From NCBI GenBank assembly GCA_013239625.1, contig MU054187.1, positions 5,839,757 through 5,903,756 of the forward strand: a DNA stretch of 64,000 bases. Reading direction: 5' to 3'. The notes beneath the pieces were generated by a model. The model was not told the DNA's origin and made no database searches. It was given only the letters and a program-made list of their open reading frames with translations. The translations under genes were made by a program, and so were the position numbers. Every line of letters begins with the position of its first letter. The stretch's first letter is position 1. This DNA is from Lama guanicoe. Lineage: Eukaryota. Positions 50,085 to 61,974 of this stretch are shown one piece after another.

Positions 50085-50370
50085 GGGGTTACCTGTGTCA
50101 GCACTGCTGGAGAGCTGGTTGAAAACGCAGATTCCTGGGCCCCGCCCCCTAACTTAGAGTCTGAGCGTAGGATCCCAGCATCTGTACTCTCACGAGCATG
50201 TGGAAGCGACTATGGTGACGCTGGAGGCCAGCCAGACCTGGATCCAGATCCCAGCCCTGCCACCTGAGCAATCATGTGCACGTCTACAGAAATTTCTCCG
50301 GGTCTGTCTCACCTGTAAGGATGAGGGTGATCATGTCTATCTCATGAAGGGACTGTGCACATGAAATAAC
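50085..50370. mobile_element. MER5A fragment followed by MIR
   Basis: gttgaaaacgcagattcctgggccccgcccc, then ccagacctggatccagatcccagccctgccac. Confidence 0.7.
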
Positions 50371-50536
50371 AGAAGCCATGCTTTGGGGGCTGTTTCTGAA
50401 TTCACAAGAGGGGGTGGTCAGTAGCATCAGACAGAGAACACCAGCTAGTCTGGCTGTCATTTCCAATTAATGATGGAGCCTTTTTAAGGACAGATAAGCC
50501 GGGAATAGCTTCTTCCAGTCAGAAGTCCAACACAGG

Positions 50537-51238
50537 TTTTGGTGGGAATGGGGATTTGGTGCAGCTATTGGGGAAAACAGTCCGGAGATTTCTTTAAAAA
50601 CTAAAAACAGACTTAGCCTATGATCCAGAAGTCCCACTCCTGGGCAGACATCAGGAGGAAACTCTAATTTGAAAAGACACATGCACCCAGATGTTCATAT
50701 ACTATTTACAATAGCCAAGGAATGGAAACAACCTAAATGTCCATTGACAGATGACTGGATAAAGAAATTGTGGTATATTTATCTAACAGAATACTACTGA
50801 GCCAAAAAAAAGAATAAAATAATGCCATTTGCAGCAACATGGATGGACCTGGAGATTGTCATACTAAGTGAAGTAAGCCAGAAAGAGAAAGAAAAATACT
50901 GTGTGACATTACTTCTGTTTGGAATCTTAAAAAGTGAGAAAAATGAACTTATTCACAAAACAGAAACAGACACACAGACATAGAAAAAAAAACTTGTGGT
51001 TACCAGAGGGGAGAAGGGAATCTGGAGGGATAGACTGGGAGTTTGGGATTTGCAGATACAAACTGCTACATATAAAATAGATAAACAGCAAGGTCCTACT
51101 GTACAGCACAGGGAACTATATTCAATACCTCATAATAGCCTGTAATGAAAAAGAATATATATATAATTGAATCACTATGCTGTACACCAGAAATTAACAC
51201 AACATTGTAAACCAACTATACTTCAATAAAAAAATAAA
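50537..51238 (+). mobile_element. Cetartiodactyl/camelid L1 ORF2 end and 3'UTR
   Basis: tatgatccagaagtcccactcctggg...gcaacatggatggacctggaga...actatacttcaataaaaaaa. Confidence 0.93.
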
Positions 51239-51400
51239 GTAGCATCAAAACATTTGTTTAAAAAGGTAAAGCAAATTTGCATATGATTTAGCATAAAATT
51301 ACTCCTTGTGGTTCATAAACTCTACTTTCAAGAATGTAAAACTAAAATGAAATCAAGTACCACAGCCAACTGAAAGAATAAAAGAGTCCAACACAGTTTG

Positions 51401-51498
51401 GTTTTTGTCTTTCTGTTTTTAATGCAGGTGGTGGAGATTGAACCCAGGACCTCGTGCATGCTAAGCATGTGCTCTACCACTGAACTATGCTCTCCCTC
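51401..51498 (-). mobile_element. tRNA-Ala-derived SINE, short form
   Basis: attgaacccaggacctcgtgcatgctaagcatgtgctctaccactg. TSD ccaacacagttt / ccaacacaattt. Confidence 0.9.
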
Positions 51499-52194
51499 CC
51501 AACACAATTTTGAGAGACAGAGCAGAGAGTCCCAGAAGTGAAGATACGGTTTCAATCATTTCAAGAATCAACTGACCCACAAAAGCTTTCCATTCTTCAT
51601 AAAAATCTGGATACCAGGGAACGAGCTGCATATATATAATTCAAGAATGGAGAAAGGTGAAAAACCTCTGCCTTGGAGACTGGTATTCGGACATCTGGGT
51701 CACCCCACAGGCAAGATGTTTCCTGGACTTAAGAAGGAGAACCCTTCTCTCTACCAGACTCTTGTTTCCCGAGCGTAGTCGAGTTTAAAGATCTTTCTCC
51801 AGCTGTCATTGACCTTCTTGGCTTTCAAGACCCTTCCAAAATGTTGCTCTAGAGATGCAGGCATAATCAAGAGTGAAATTACTACCTGGAGATTTGCACT
51901 GGCCATCTCAAGATTTGGGATGCAAAAGCCATGGTCCAGTTTACCTGGAGTTAGGGTCATCACAGAGCGTAACAGTCTGACTCCTCTTTTTCCAGTTTCA
52001 AAGTGGCAGTTGAAGGCCACTGTTCATTTCTAAATGGCCCTCTGAAAATAAACAACTCCCAGGGGAAAAAAAGACTTCTCAAAAGTGGCAGTGGGGACCT
52101 GAGCCACCATCACCCTCCACACCACTCAGCCCCTCCCCTTGAGGTGTACGCAGAACAGAGAGCCTGATGCTGAGAGTAACACTAGGAAGACAAT

Positions 52195-52430
52195 TAAATA
52201 ATTGGAAAATAAAACCTTTGGGGAAGGGCTAAAGGAAATAAGATATTTAGCCCGGAGAAGAGAAGACTGAGGAATGACCTAATTATAGGCTTCAAGTACA
52301 TGAAGAATTAATCTACGGCAGATGGTGACCAGCTGTTTTCAATTCCCACTGAATACAGTACAACAGAAAATTGGCTTAGAGGGTAATATAAAGGATTTAG
52401 GATAGATAAAAGAAGGAATTTACTGGTTTT
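52195..52430 (+). mobile_element. CR1/L3 LINE 3' fragment
   Basis: tttagcccggagaagagaagactgagg...ggtgaccagctgttttc...gatttaggatagataaaagaaggaatt. Confidence 0.8.
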
Positions 52431-52857
52431 TGAGGGTCACAAAGGTTAAGAGGAGATGGGCTCTATTACTTAGGGAGATGACAGCCACTCTGTCCCTGAG
52501 GTTTCCCGGTTTGGAGTGGTTTGTTGAAGTGCACTGAGGGGGAAAGAGAGCTTTGTTCCATCGCGGTGAAGGCCAGCCCCGTGCCAGGGCTGTGCACCGC
52601 ACCTGTGCGCTTGATTCATCTAGCTGCTCGTGGCTGCATTTTCCATAAGTCATCACGGTCACACCCAATGATTTACCAAGCACCAAGCGTAGGGCAGGCA
52701 GGGTGGAAGAAAACTACCGATTCCACCTTTTAACGTTCAGAGCTTTGCCCTTTGCCGATGACAAGCATGTGTTGGGTACCCCCTGGGGGCCAGGCACTGT
52801 TTCAGGAATAGGGGGCTATTCAGACGAATAAGACATGGTTGTTCTCAACAACAGTGG

Positions 52858-52884
52858 AGTGTGTGTGTGTGTGTGTGTGTGTGT
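52858..52884. repeat. (GT)n microsatellite
   Basis: Directly visible. Confidence 0.95.
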
Positions 52885-53539
52885 ATGTAAATCATCTTCA
52901 TCACCTGCAAGTTGAGAACCCTTTTTTTCCTACCTTAATATTATAGCCTCACTTCAAAAATGGTTTTATTTAAAATACAATGCCCACCCAAATGGAAAAA
53001 AAAACAAGCAGCAATCTATAATTAGACACAGTAGTTATTCACTACCTGGGAAGTGTGTTTTAGGATGCCATCTAGAACGCACTTGCTCTGTGAGTTTTTA
53101 CAATAACTAAATCGACTTTGACCCTGTCAAAAGTAGGAGCACTGAGGAAGGGGCACACACCAACAATACTGCTGCCCTTAAAAGCAGTGAAGCCAGAGAA
53201 AACCTATCAAAGAGCACATGCACTTCTTACAGATCCTCCCCTGAACTATCTCTGGCTTCCATGCAAGGTGCCTCTTTTCCATCATTGCGTCAACAACTAC
53301 CAAAAAAGGAAAGAGGAGACTGAAATCAACGGGTCTGGACTGAATTGTTTGAAGCCAGGGTCCCAGATGTGGGTAAAAGTGCATTTAGTCCAGGAGCAGT
53401 AGAGCCTGGTGGGAAGATACTGTGCTTAGACGCAGATATTCCGGAACTGAAAGATGTACATGGCAAGTCAAGATGTAAAACCAGATTACACCATTAAAGA
53501 ACCTTGAAACATACGTGTATTGCATGGAGAACCTTTCTT

Positions 53540-53795
53540 TAATGACAAAATGTAATAAGAAATACATTATAAACTGTGATCTAGTGCACACATACACACA
53601 CATACACACACACATACACATATATACATTCAAGTACACACAAGACTGAAAAAAGATTTCACAGAACAGTGCTTCACTACCACTTTTGGATTTTATATTC
53701 TATCCTAGTGTTTTCATTTTTTGAATACTGCTCAGCTGCCATAAATTGACCTCACAATTCTCTGATTAGTCATGACCCAGAGTTTGAAAAACACA
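53540..53795. mobile_element. hAT-Charlie relic
   Basis: Terminal gtcatgacccagagtttgaaaaacac. Subfamily uncertain. Confidence 0.5.
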
Positions 53796-55071
53796 GCTGC
53801 AGGGAGAGGTGTCCCCTCTGCTCCAGGCCCGAAAGACAAGAACTCATATTTTTGCACCTCAGTTTGAGGACAAAAAGGAGAGTGTGGGTCTAGGCTAAGA
53901 AAGTTGGCCAAGGGGCTCCCAAGCCCCTCCAAACCTCAAATTAAAAGGATTTATGTAAAATTCCAGCCCAAGTCACCGAGGTAAAGGAACACAGGGACAA
54001 AAGCCCGAGAGCCCTAGTAACAGAGCGCATGGGACTGTCCGCGCTCCAGGCAGACACCAGGGCGCCTGCAGGAGAGGAGCCGACTGTTGAAAGTTCTGGA
54101 GATTTGGGGTCCTAACAGGTAAGGCAGGTTTGAAGTCAAGAAGACACCAAGCACATGGGGAGCCTGGTGATACAGAGAAGGAAATACTGAATTCCAGACC
54201 CAGCCAGGTCACTAATTAGTTCAGTGGATCCCAGCAGGCCACTTAATGTCTCACGAGACAAAGCAGCAGAATCAGCCGCAAGTGACTGGAAGCCCCACCA
54301 GGCACAGCGGCCGCTCCCGCCAGCTCACTCCCCACACAGGTCTGTTGATCACACCTGCCTGAAATAATGGCACAGGCCATCAGCATTTCTCCTCCTGCCT
54401 GGGGGGCCTCCTCCTTCAAACCATGACTTAAGACTTTAAGAGGAAGAGCTTTTCGGAGTGGAGGCCAGAGGGAAGGTTAGGTTACAAAGAGTGATTGGTT
54501 ATCAATCAGTGAGTTGCAGGCAAAGAAGACAGGCCTCAATTTCCTCATGTGTAAAATGGGGTCATTAGGCCCAAAGTGACAAGAGCCATTTCAGGGAGGG
54601 TCAGGTGGTCACACGGGGCCAGTGCATGTAATGTCAAGGTCCCTGCTTTGTTTGACTCTACCTGCCGAGTGACACCTGGGGGTCAGAGGGTAAGGAAAGG
54701 AACTGGGGTGTGGAGGTTGATATAAATATTTTTATATACAGGGAAAAGACATAGATATACACACACAAGTATATACACAAACATATACATTCGTGTATTC
54801 ACATGGGGTCATGCACTCAGACAAACCATGACTCCTGCCCTCAGAGAACTCACAGATTAGCAGAGGGAGATGCAGGCGGAAGTGAACGCCACAAAGCTTC
54901 TTGCAGGCCCTGAGGAACATGAGGACTGAAAAATGGGAGCGTCTGACTCTCTGATCACAACCTCCTGTATTCCCAGTTCACTGCCCCGACACTGGTCCTC
55001 GGCCAGGGGCTGGTCCCCACCATCCCTCCGAGGGGACACTTAGAAACGTGCTGCACAGTTTTGGTTGTGAA

Positions 55072-55406
55072 TGTCTTAGTCCATCAGGGCAGCTGTGACA
55101 AGATACCACAGACCTGGTCGCTCACACACAACGAAAATTCATTTCGCAGCGTTTGGGAAGCCCAAGGCGATGGCCTGGCAGAGGAGGGCCCTCTCCTTGT
55201 CACAGACTTCTCGCTGCATCCGCATGTGGCAAAGGGGGCCAGGGAGCGCTGTGGGGACTCTTTTGTAAGAGCACTAATCCCATTCATGAGGACCCCACCC
55301 TCACGGCCTCATCACCTCTCAAAGTTCCCCTCTTACAGCACCATCACGCGGGGTGTTTGGATTCCAACACAGGAATTTGGAGGAGACAGATAGTCAGACT
55401 GCAGCG
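55072..55406 (-). mobile_element. MLT1A0 MaLR solo LTR
   Basis: tgtcttagtccat...gcactaatcccattcatgagg...caacacaggaatttggaggagaca. Confidence 0.88.
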
Positions 55407-55589
55407 TCAGGTGACAAGGGCTGCTGCTGGCCTGTCAGGCTACGGGGAAAGAATGCTGACTGTCCTGCCACGTGTAGAGCAGTGCCACTCAAAACGCCAA
55501 CAGCTCCCCTGCTGAGAAAGCCTCCTGAAACCCCGTTGCAGAGCGATTCCTCGAGGCCACTGAGGTGCCCAATGCATTGGCTCCTCCAC

Positions 55590-56150
55590 ATTTTCATTCA
55601 ACAAGTCCTTGCTCACCCACCGAAAGCCAGGCTAGATACAGGTATGCTGTCTCCTGGCCATCGGAGGGGTTGTGTTCTAGTGGGGAAGGCGTGAGCTAGA
55701 CCAGTAAGCAAATAAGTAAACACGTAACATCAGGGGGTGGGAGGTGCTTTGAAAAAAAAATAATAAAATTGGGTAAGAGATGAGAGACTGACCTGGGAAG
55801 GGCGTGATTAGTCTACAGAGTAGGCGTCATAAAAAGCCTCTGTGTAAATATTGGAATAAAACCCTGCATTAAGAGAGTGAACCATGTAAGAATCAGTGAG
55901 AGGGTCCTTTCGGGCAGAAGGGACAAGAGATACAAGCTCTCTGAGTCCAGAGTGCACTCAGCAAGTTGGAGCATCAAGGGGGCTGGAGCCCACGGGCCGG
56001 GGAGAGGCAGTAGGAAGTGAACACAGAGAAGCAGCCATCGATCGTGGAGGACCTCACAGGCCCCAGCAAAGACTTTGCATTTGGTATTAAATATGTTGGA
56101 AAGGCATTAGATGATTCTGAGCAAAGAGTGGCAAGATCTGACCTAGATTT
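55590..56150 (-). mobile_element. L2 3' region
   Basis: ttcattcaacaag...ttctagtggggaagg...caggccccagcaaagactttg...atctgacctagattt. Confidence 0.75.
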
Positions 56151-56189
56151 CTTTGGATTTTGCTTTTGCTTTGTTTTGTTTCCAAAATG

Positions 56190-56395
56190 TACTTCTTTTC
56201 ATAGAAGTAGAGTTGATTTATAATGTTGTGTTAGTTTCAGGTGTACAGCAAAGTGGCTCAGTAATGCTTACTACATATATTCTTTTTCAGAGTCTTTTCC
56301 ATTATAGGTTATTATAAGATACTGAATATAGTTCCCTGTGCTCTATGGTAGGAACTTGTTGTCTATCTGACTTTTATTTCTAAATGATTTGTCTA
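56190..56395 (-). mobile_element. L1 3' tail
   Basis: aatgttgtgttagtttcaggtgtacagcaaagtg...aatatagttccctgtgct. Confidence 0.88.
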
Positions 56396-56630
56396 CATAA
56401 AAGAAGTGGAAGGGCCATGAGTGGAATGGGAAACCAAATTTAAAATGCCAAAGAAAGCACTGAATTAGCCAGCCGCCTGTCACGGGCCTGCACCGGAGCT
56501 GCCAGGGATGGAGACAGACCGGCTTTTGAAGCAGAGGGCAGAGTCCTGACTCCACCAACTCTCATAGGATGCAGAATCCCCCCAGACAGAAATGGAAGGC
56601 AGAGCCTGAACCATCAAAAAAAATGACAAA

Positions 56631-56866
56631 CGTAGGGATAAAGAATGAAGAGGTACAAACCACTAGGTATAAAATAAATAAGCTACCAGGATATATTGTA
56701 CAGCACTGGGAATACAGCCAATATCTTGTAATAACTGTAAATGGAGAATGACTTTTTAAAATTGTGACTGTGTTGTACACCTGAAACTTACATAATATTG
56801 GACATCAATTTTTTTAATTTTTAAAAAATTTCTTCATATAAAGAAGTTTTAATAAATTAATTTTTT
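56631..56866 (+). mobile_element. L1 3' end, similar to the copy at 8471-8766
   Basis: gaggtacaaaccactaggtataaaataaataagctac... TSD aaatgacaaa at 56621-56630 and 56867-56876. Confidence 0.88.
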
Positions 56867-56889
56867 AAATGACAAATGTCATTTTTTAA

Positions 56890-58530
56890 GTAACAGGAGA
56901 GTGTTTAAAGGTTTGTGGAGTAATATTAAGCAGTCTAACATACATGTAACTGAGGTGACAGAGAAGATAGAAAGGATGAGGAAGCAGAAATATCTGAATA
57001 GATAATGGCTGAAGCTTTTCCAATATTGATAAGATATCACTCATAAGTCCAATTAATTCAGTGAACCCAAAGCAGGATAAATTAACAAACTATATCCATG
57101 TACATCATGGTTAAATCAATGAGAATCAAAGATAAAGAGAAAATCTTGAAGTCTACCCAAAAAGGAGACATATTACTTTCAGGAAAGTAAAAATGAATAA
57201 TTAACCATGCTAACGCTACCCAAAAGAAAAACAAGAGTGGTTATTTTTAATATCAAAGTATAATTCAGAGCAAAAAAAGATAATAAAGGAGAAAGAAGGT
57301 CAATTTATAATGATGAAGGGGTCAATTAAACAAGACACATAGCAGTTCTAAATATATATGTCCCTAATTAAAGGCAGCTTTAAAATGAAGTAAAACTTGT
57401 AGGAAAAAGAAGACAAATTATACATTATCAAAATGAAAAATGTTGTGCTTCAAAGGGCACCATCAACATGAAGCGACAACCCACAGGATGGGAGAAAATA
57501 TTTGCGAATTATACATCTCCTACGAGACTAATATTAAGAATATACAAAGAACTTTTAAACTCAATAATAAAAAGGCAAATAATCTGGTTAAAATACGGGT
57601 AAGTGATTTGAATAGACATTTCTCCAAAGAAGATATACAAAGGCCAATAAACACATGAAAAGATGTTCAACATCACTAGTTATCAGGGAGATGCAAATAA
57701 AAGCCACAGTGAGATACTACTTACCTCCCACTAGGACGGCTATTAATCAAAACAACAGATAATTACAAGTGTTGGAAAAGGGGTAGAGAAATCGCTGTTG
57801 AGAATTTTAAATGGCACAGTTACTTTGGAAAAGAGTTTGGCAGTTCCTCAAAAAGCCAAACACAGAGTTAACACGACCCAGTCATTTCACTCCTAAATAT
57901 ATACCCCAGAGAACTGAAAATATATGTCCACACAAAAAATAACACATGACTGCTCAGAGCAATATTGTTCATAATCACCCCAAAGTGGAAGCAATCCACA
58001 TGTCCATCAACTGATGAACAGATTACACATGGCATCTCCAAACAACGAACTTACTATGTAGCCTTGTGATGAAGGACCTTGAAGATATGCTCAGGGAAAG
58101 AAACCAGACATGGAATGCCACATACTCCATGGTTCCATCTATATGAAATGTCTGGAACAGGTAGGTCCACAGAGACAGAAAGCAGACTAGTGGGCAGCAA
58201 GAATGGAGGGAACAGGGGTGACTGCTAATGGGTGATGGAAATGTTCTGGAATTAGTGTATGGTTGACACTTTGTGAGTATATTGAAAGTCACCGAATTTT
58301 ATTTAAAAGGGTGACTTTCATAGTAGGCAGATCATATGTCAATTATAAAAACTGATAGAACTGTGAGGAGAATTAAATAATCCACAATGGTAGTCAGATC
58401 TCAACAGCCCTCACTCAATGGTTGACCAGACAAGCCGGTAGAGAGTGGATGTGATTACAGTAAACTGGAGCAACACCATTAGATGGCTTGACCTCACTGA
58501 CATTTCTAGAGTGCTCCATACAAAACAGAA
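56890..58530 (+). mobile_element. Composite old L1: L1ME-like ORF1/ORF2 pieces with a nested L1MB ORF2 end and 3'UTR (about 57400-58350)
   Basis: gaatagacatttctccaaagaagatataca...ctcctaaatatataccccagagaactgaaa...tgatggaaatgttctggaattag, with multiple stop codons. Confidence 0.85.
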
Positions 58531-58558
58531 TTTAACTTTTAAGAGTGTTTTTACTTAC

Positions 58559-58607
58559 CAAGTGTTGTGCATAACAAGTACCCACTCCCTGGAAGATGGA
58601 AGCAAGT
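58559..58607 (-). other. Candidate second exon of the minus-strand transcript
   Basis: Acceptor ctctcatcacttttcccag and donor TTG|gtaagt. Confidence 0.35.
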
Positions 58608-58844
58608 CTGGGAAAAGTGATGAGAGTATGAAAGTCAGTGATATTTGCTTCACGTGTTACTTGGTTAAAAAAAAAAAGTTGTATTAACATTTTGATGCGT
58701 CCTGATGTTCCCCCTTTCAAGTAAACATCTGCATAAAAATGTCGTGCTTCCATTTCGATCACCTACTCTTGTGAGATGTGCTGACAAGCTTCCACTGAGA
58801 TTTGTAACTTGGCTGCACTGTCTTGGCACTTAATAGAGTCACTT

Positions 58845-59358
58845 TGACAGCGCTGTGCTTGTCCCATGCCCGCCCCTTGCCCAGCGGGACCTTCAGGAAG
58901 CAGCTATGCGGATTCTCCCCATGTGTTTAGCCCCATTGGCACTCAACCCAGAGCCCTCCGCCAGGCTAGGGCATCGCTGGGGCAGCCCGTCCCTGGCTGC
59001 CACGCATGTCAATGCTCTACCCCGCTCCAGAAAATCTCTCTCTCTGGCAGGAGCCCCCTCATCTGGAGATGTCTGGGGGACAGCAGACTACACCCCACTC
59101 CCGTGGCAGCCACGGCCAATGACTAATGGATGTAAGGTACGAAAGCCCAGTTCCTTGCCACCTGGCAGGACAACTCTGTGATGCCTCTCCGGCTTCAGGG
59201 CCCCTCAAGGAATCAGGCTGCCTTCAGCTGAAACCACATCTTCACTGGGTTTCCTCCTCTGCTCCATCCTGCTTCTCTCCTGAGGACCCTCCCTCCCTAA
59301 ATCATTTGTGCAAGAAACCCTCTCTTAGACTCTACTTCTAGGGAACCCAACAGAAGAC
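58845..59358 (+). mobile_element. LTR16-family ERVL solo LTR
   Basis: gccaatgactaatgg...gaaagcccagttccttgcc...ggacaactctgtg...ctctacttctagggaacccaac. Confidence 0.75.
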
Positions 59359-59923
59359 CGCCATTGTATCACACAGTGACATCACACGCGAGGGTCGGGG
59401 GTGGGGTTTCCCTCCCAGGTTTCAATGCCAGGAAAAATTATGCGCCTTCACAGTGAACTCTCCATTGTTATCTTATTAACTCTGAATCTCCTAGAAAAAT
59501 GATCTCCTCTCTATTTTGGCTGCCACGATTCTCAAAACCCAATTTTCAATCCATTTCTGTTACGGACCTGTACTAACACCACGTCTTTCTGAGTAGCAAT
59601 TTTCCTCGTGACTTTAACTTCTTATTTACCTTTTTTTCCCCCTCTTTGCCATAATCAGTCAATCAATATATGCTTTGGAACTAGGTGGAAAGTGGTCTTT
59701 AAAAGAAGGCACAGTGAATTTCTCCAATTCCTGCACTCGGCGTTGTGCAAGAAAACCTCTCTCTGCACTGGGCGTTGGCCGTTGCTGTTTCAAGCCTGCC
59801 CTGGATCTGGGGGCTGCAATCACACCATCAGGACTTCCTGACTCCCCACCTCTTGGCTCTGATTTCTTCCATCTCCGGTGTCAAGCCGGTTTCCTGAGGC
59901 AGCTTCTGCCGCGCCCGGCTCAC

Positions 59924-60130
59924 CTCGTCCTGGGGCGCTGCACATGCACCAGCCGACTTCCACGCAGCGCGGAAGACAGGCCTGGGACAGAGCCCACCAG
60001 GCCACTTCGGGTGACCTGCTCATCGCTGTGACCAGAGAGAGTGGACGCGATGGTCTGGTTAAGTAGCCTCTGGTCGTCCCCGAGCCGGGGGTGGGACCAA
60101 CCCCCCTGGAACACATGCCCAGGAAGCGGA
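59924..60130 (-). other. Candidate first exon of the minus-strand transcript
   Basis: Strong donor GAG|gtgagc at the island edge and an ATG at 60023. The start coordinate is an estimate. Confidence 0.4.
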
Positions 60131-60161
60131 AGTAAGTGGATCCCGGAAGAATCCGAGGACA

Positions 60162-60335
60162 AGGGGGGCGGGGTCGCTCAGGGGTGGAGTGCGTGCTTGG
60201 CGCGCATGCGGGCGTCGGCTCAGTACTCGGTGCCTCTGTTAAATCTTAAAAAAAAAAAAAAGAAAGAAATTAACAAATAAACAAACCTAATTACCTCACC
60301 CCCCCCAAACACAAACAAATTAAAATTAAAATAAA
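60162..60335 (+). mobile_element. tRNA-Ala-derived SINE, long form, with a strongly GC-shifted head
   Basis: Gap-free alignment to the other copies, linker aaacctaattacctcaccccccc, and TSD aagaatccgagga (from 60147) / aagaatacgagga (from 60336). Confidence 0.88.
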
Positions 60336-61974
60336 AAGAATACGAGGATGCTGTCACTAGAAGAGACCGAGGCTGGGCGGGCTGGTCTGACTGCGGGGCG
60401 GGAGCTGCGCGGTGCCGCCCTCACGCACGAGGCCGAGCTTGGCGCCTGGGGGCTGCTGTGGGCTGGGCTCCCTGGATGCTTATCGGGGGACACCTAAGGA
60501 GCCAGCGCTGAAGTAGGGAGGGGATGGAAGCCGGGAGGCCAAGGGAGACGCCAGGTCGTAACAAGTCCTGCTGGCACAGCCTGAGCTGACGGCCGCCGCC
60601 GCCGCCGCCGCGGGGAGCTCTCGGGCTATCGCGGTCCTTCAGAGCAGGCCCGGTGGGGGCGAGAGAGCCCACCTTCACACCCTGCCGTCTTCAGCCCCCA
60701 GAGGCCCGGCCGGGGTACATCCTTCTTCCTGAAGGGGGCCTGGGGCCGCATTCAGAGACCACCCCAGGGCCACACAAGCAGGTGGGGTAGCAGAGCTTTG
60801 TCCCAGGTTTCCCAAATGTAGAGGGTACCTCATTTCAACAAGGGTTTTATGGATGTTGGCACCTAATCAGTTAAAAATGACAGGAGAAAATTACAAAGTT
60901 GGCTTGAGGAAAGTTTTGACTCTGCGGTCCAAGTGCCAACACTGTGAGCCAGGGCCCTGCGTGGGGGCAATTTTTCCGATTGTACCGTCGGAGTTCCAGA
61001 TCAGTCGTGGGTGGCAGCAGTCTGGCACCTGGCCACCTAATTTCGAGGGGATGAAGATGGCCAAGAGTGTCTGCAGCCTGAAGTGTTTACGATTCCCAGG
61101 GCTGAGAAGTAATAGCTGGCCCTTGGGGCTGATGGGTACAGCCAGGTCCTTCTGGCTGAATCATCCGTATCTGGATTGATGCAGTGTTTAGAGTGAATAA
61201 GCTTAATCTTTCCCTGTAACTCACAAATCTTATGGTTTAAGCAGAAAACAGTCAGCTCTCCTCAGACCAGGAGGGTGCAGTGGGAGGGAGGACACCTTAA
61301 GGCAGTGTTGGAACAGCCAGACTAAGGTAAAAAATAAGAATGTCTTTGCTGCACCGTCCAGACTTGTCCTTACCCATGAATCACAGCAGTTGGCAGTGAA
61401 AAATTATTAATCATGAGAACAATTTTTAAAAGAAGCACTCAGCAGGAGACAGGGTGCAGAAGCAATGAACTTGCATAAGTAGAGGATGAACAACATTATC
61501 ACTGGAAATACAGCAATAAATATATTTGAGGCTCTGATTGGTACTGATGAGCAAATAAGACATATCATGAATAATTCTTAAGACTCTCCGTAAGCTCTAA
61601 CTGATAAGGTGTTTGGGAATGGATTGCACATTAGAGGTGAGAAGTCACTCACCAAATGACTCACAGGTCCCTGAACCTGTGGCTTCACCAACATTTAGCA
61701 TGCCATTTTGTTTAGGACAAAGTTTCTAATGTAGAATTTCTTGTTGGTTGGTTGGTTTGTTGGTCGGTTTGTTTTGTTTTGTTTTTTAATCAGAAAAATT
61801 CAAAGATCCAGATTTTCAAGCTGTCATAGTTTTCTTATAGGTCATGTACATGACTGTGCATATAACTGCTCAATCAACTCAAAATTTTGAATTCAAGGAA
61901 TATAAAACCATCAGTATCAATTTCTGAGTGTGTGCTGTGGAGTCGGGATGGTTTGGGAGAAGGAGAGAAGACTC

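Larger units (their letters stand above)
59870..60760. promoter_or_regulatory. CpG island, probable bidirectional promoter
   Basis: High CpG density, clustered ETS-like GGAAG motifs at about 60120-60150 (cggaagt, ccggaag), GC box ggggcggg near 60395, and (GCC)6 at 60592-60609. Confidence 0.7.

Noticed and set aside
57440..57658. ORF resembling L1 ORF2
   Set aside because: It is a broken fragment of an old L1, not a functional gene.
60523..60590. ATG-initiated MEAGRPRETPGRNKSCWHSLS* as first coding exon of the plus-strand gene
   Set aside because: It stops early and the only nearby donor (CAG|gtcgta) is poor. At most it is an upstream ORF.
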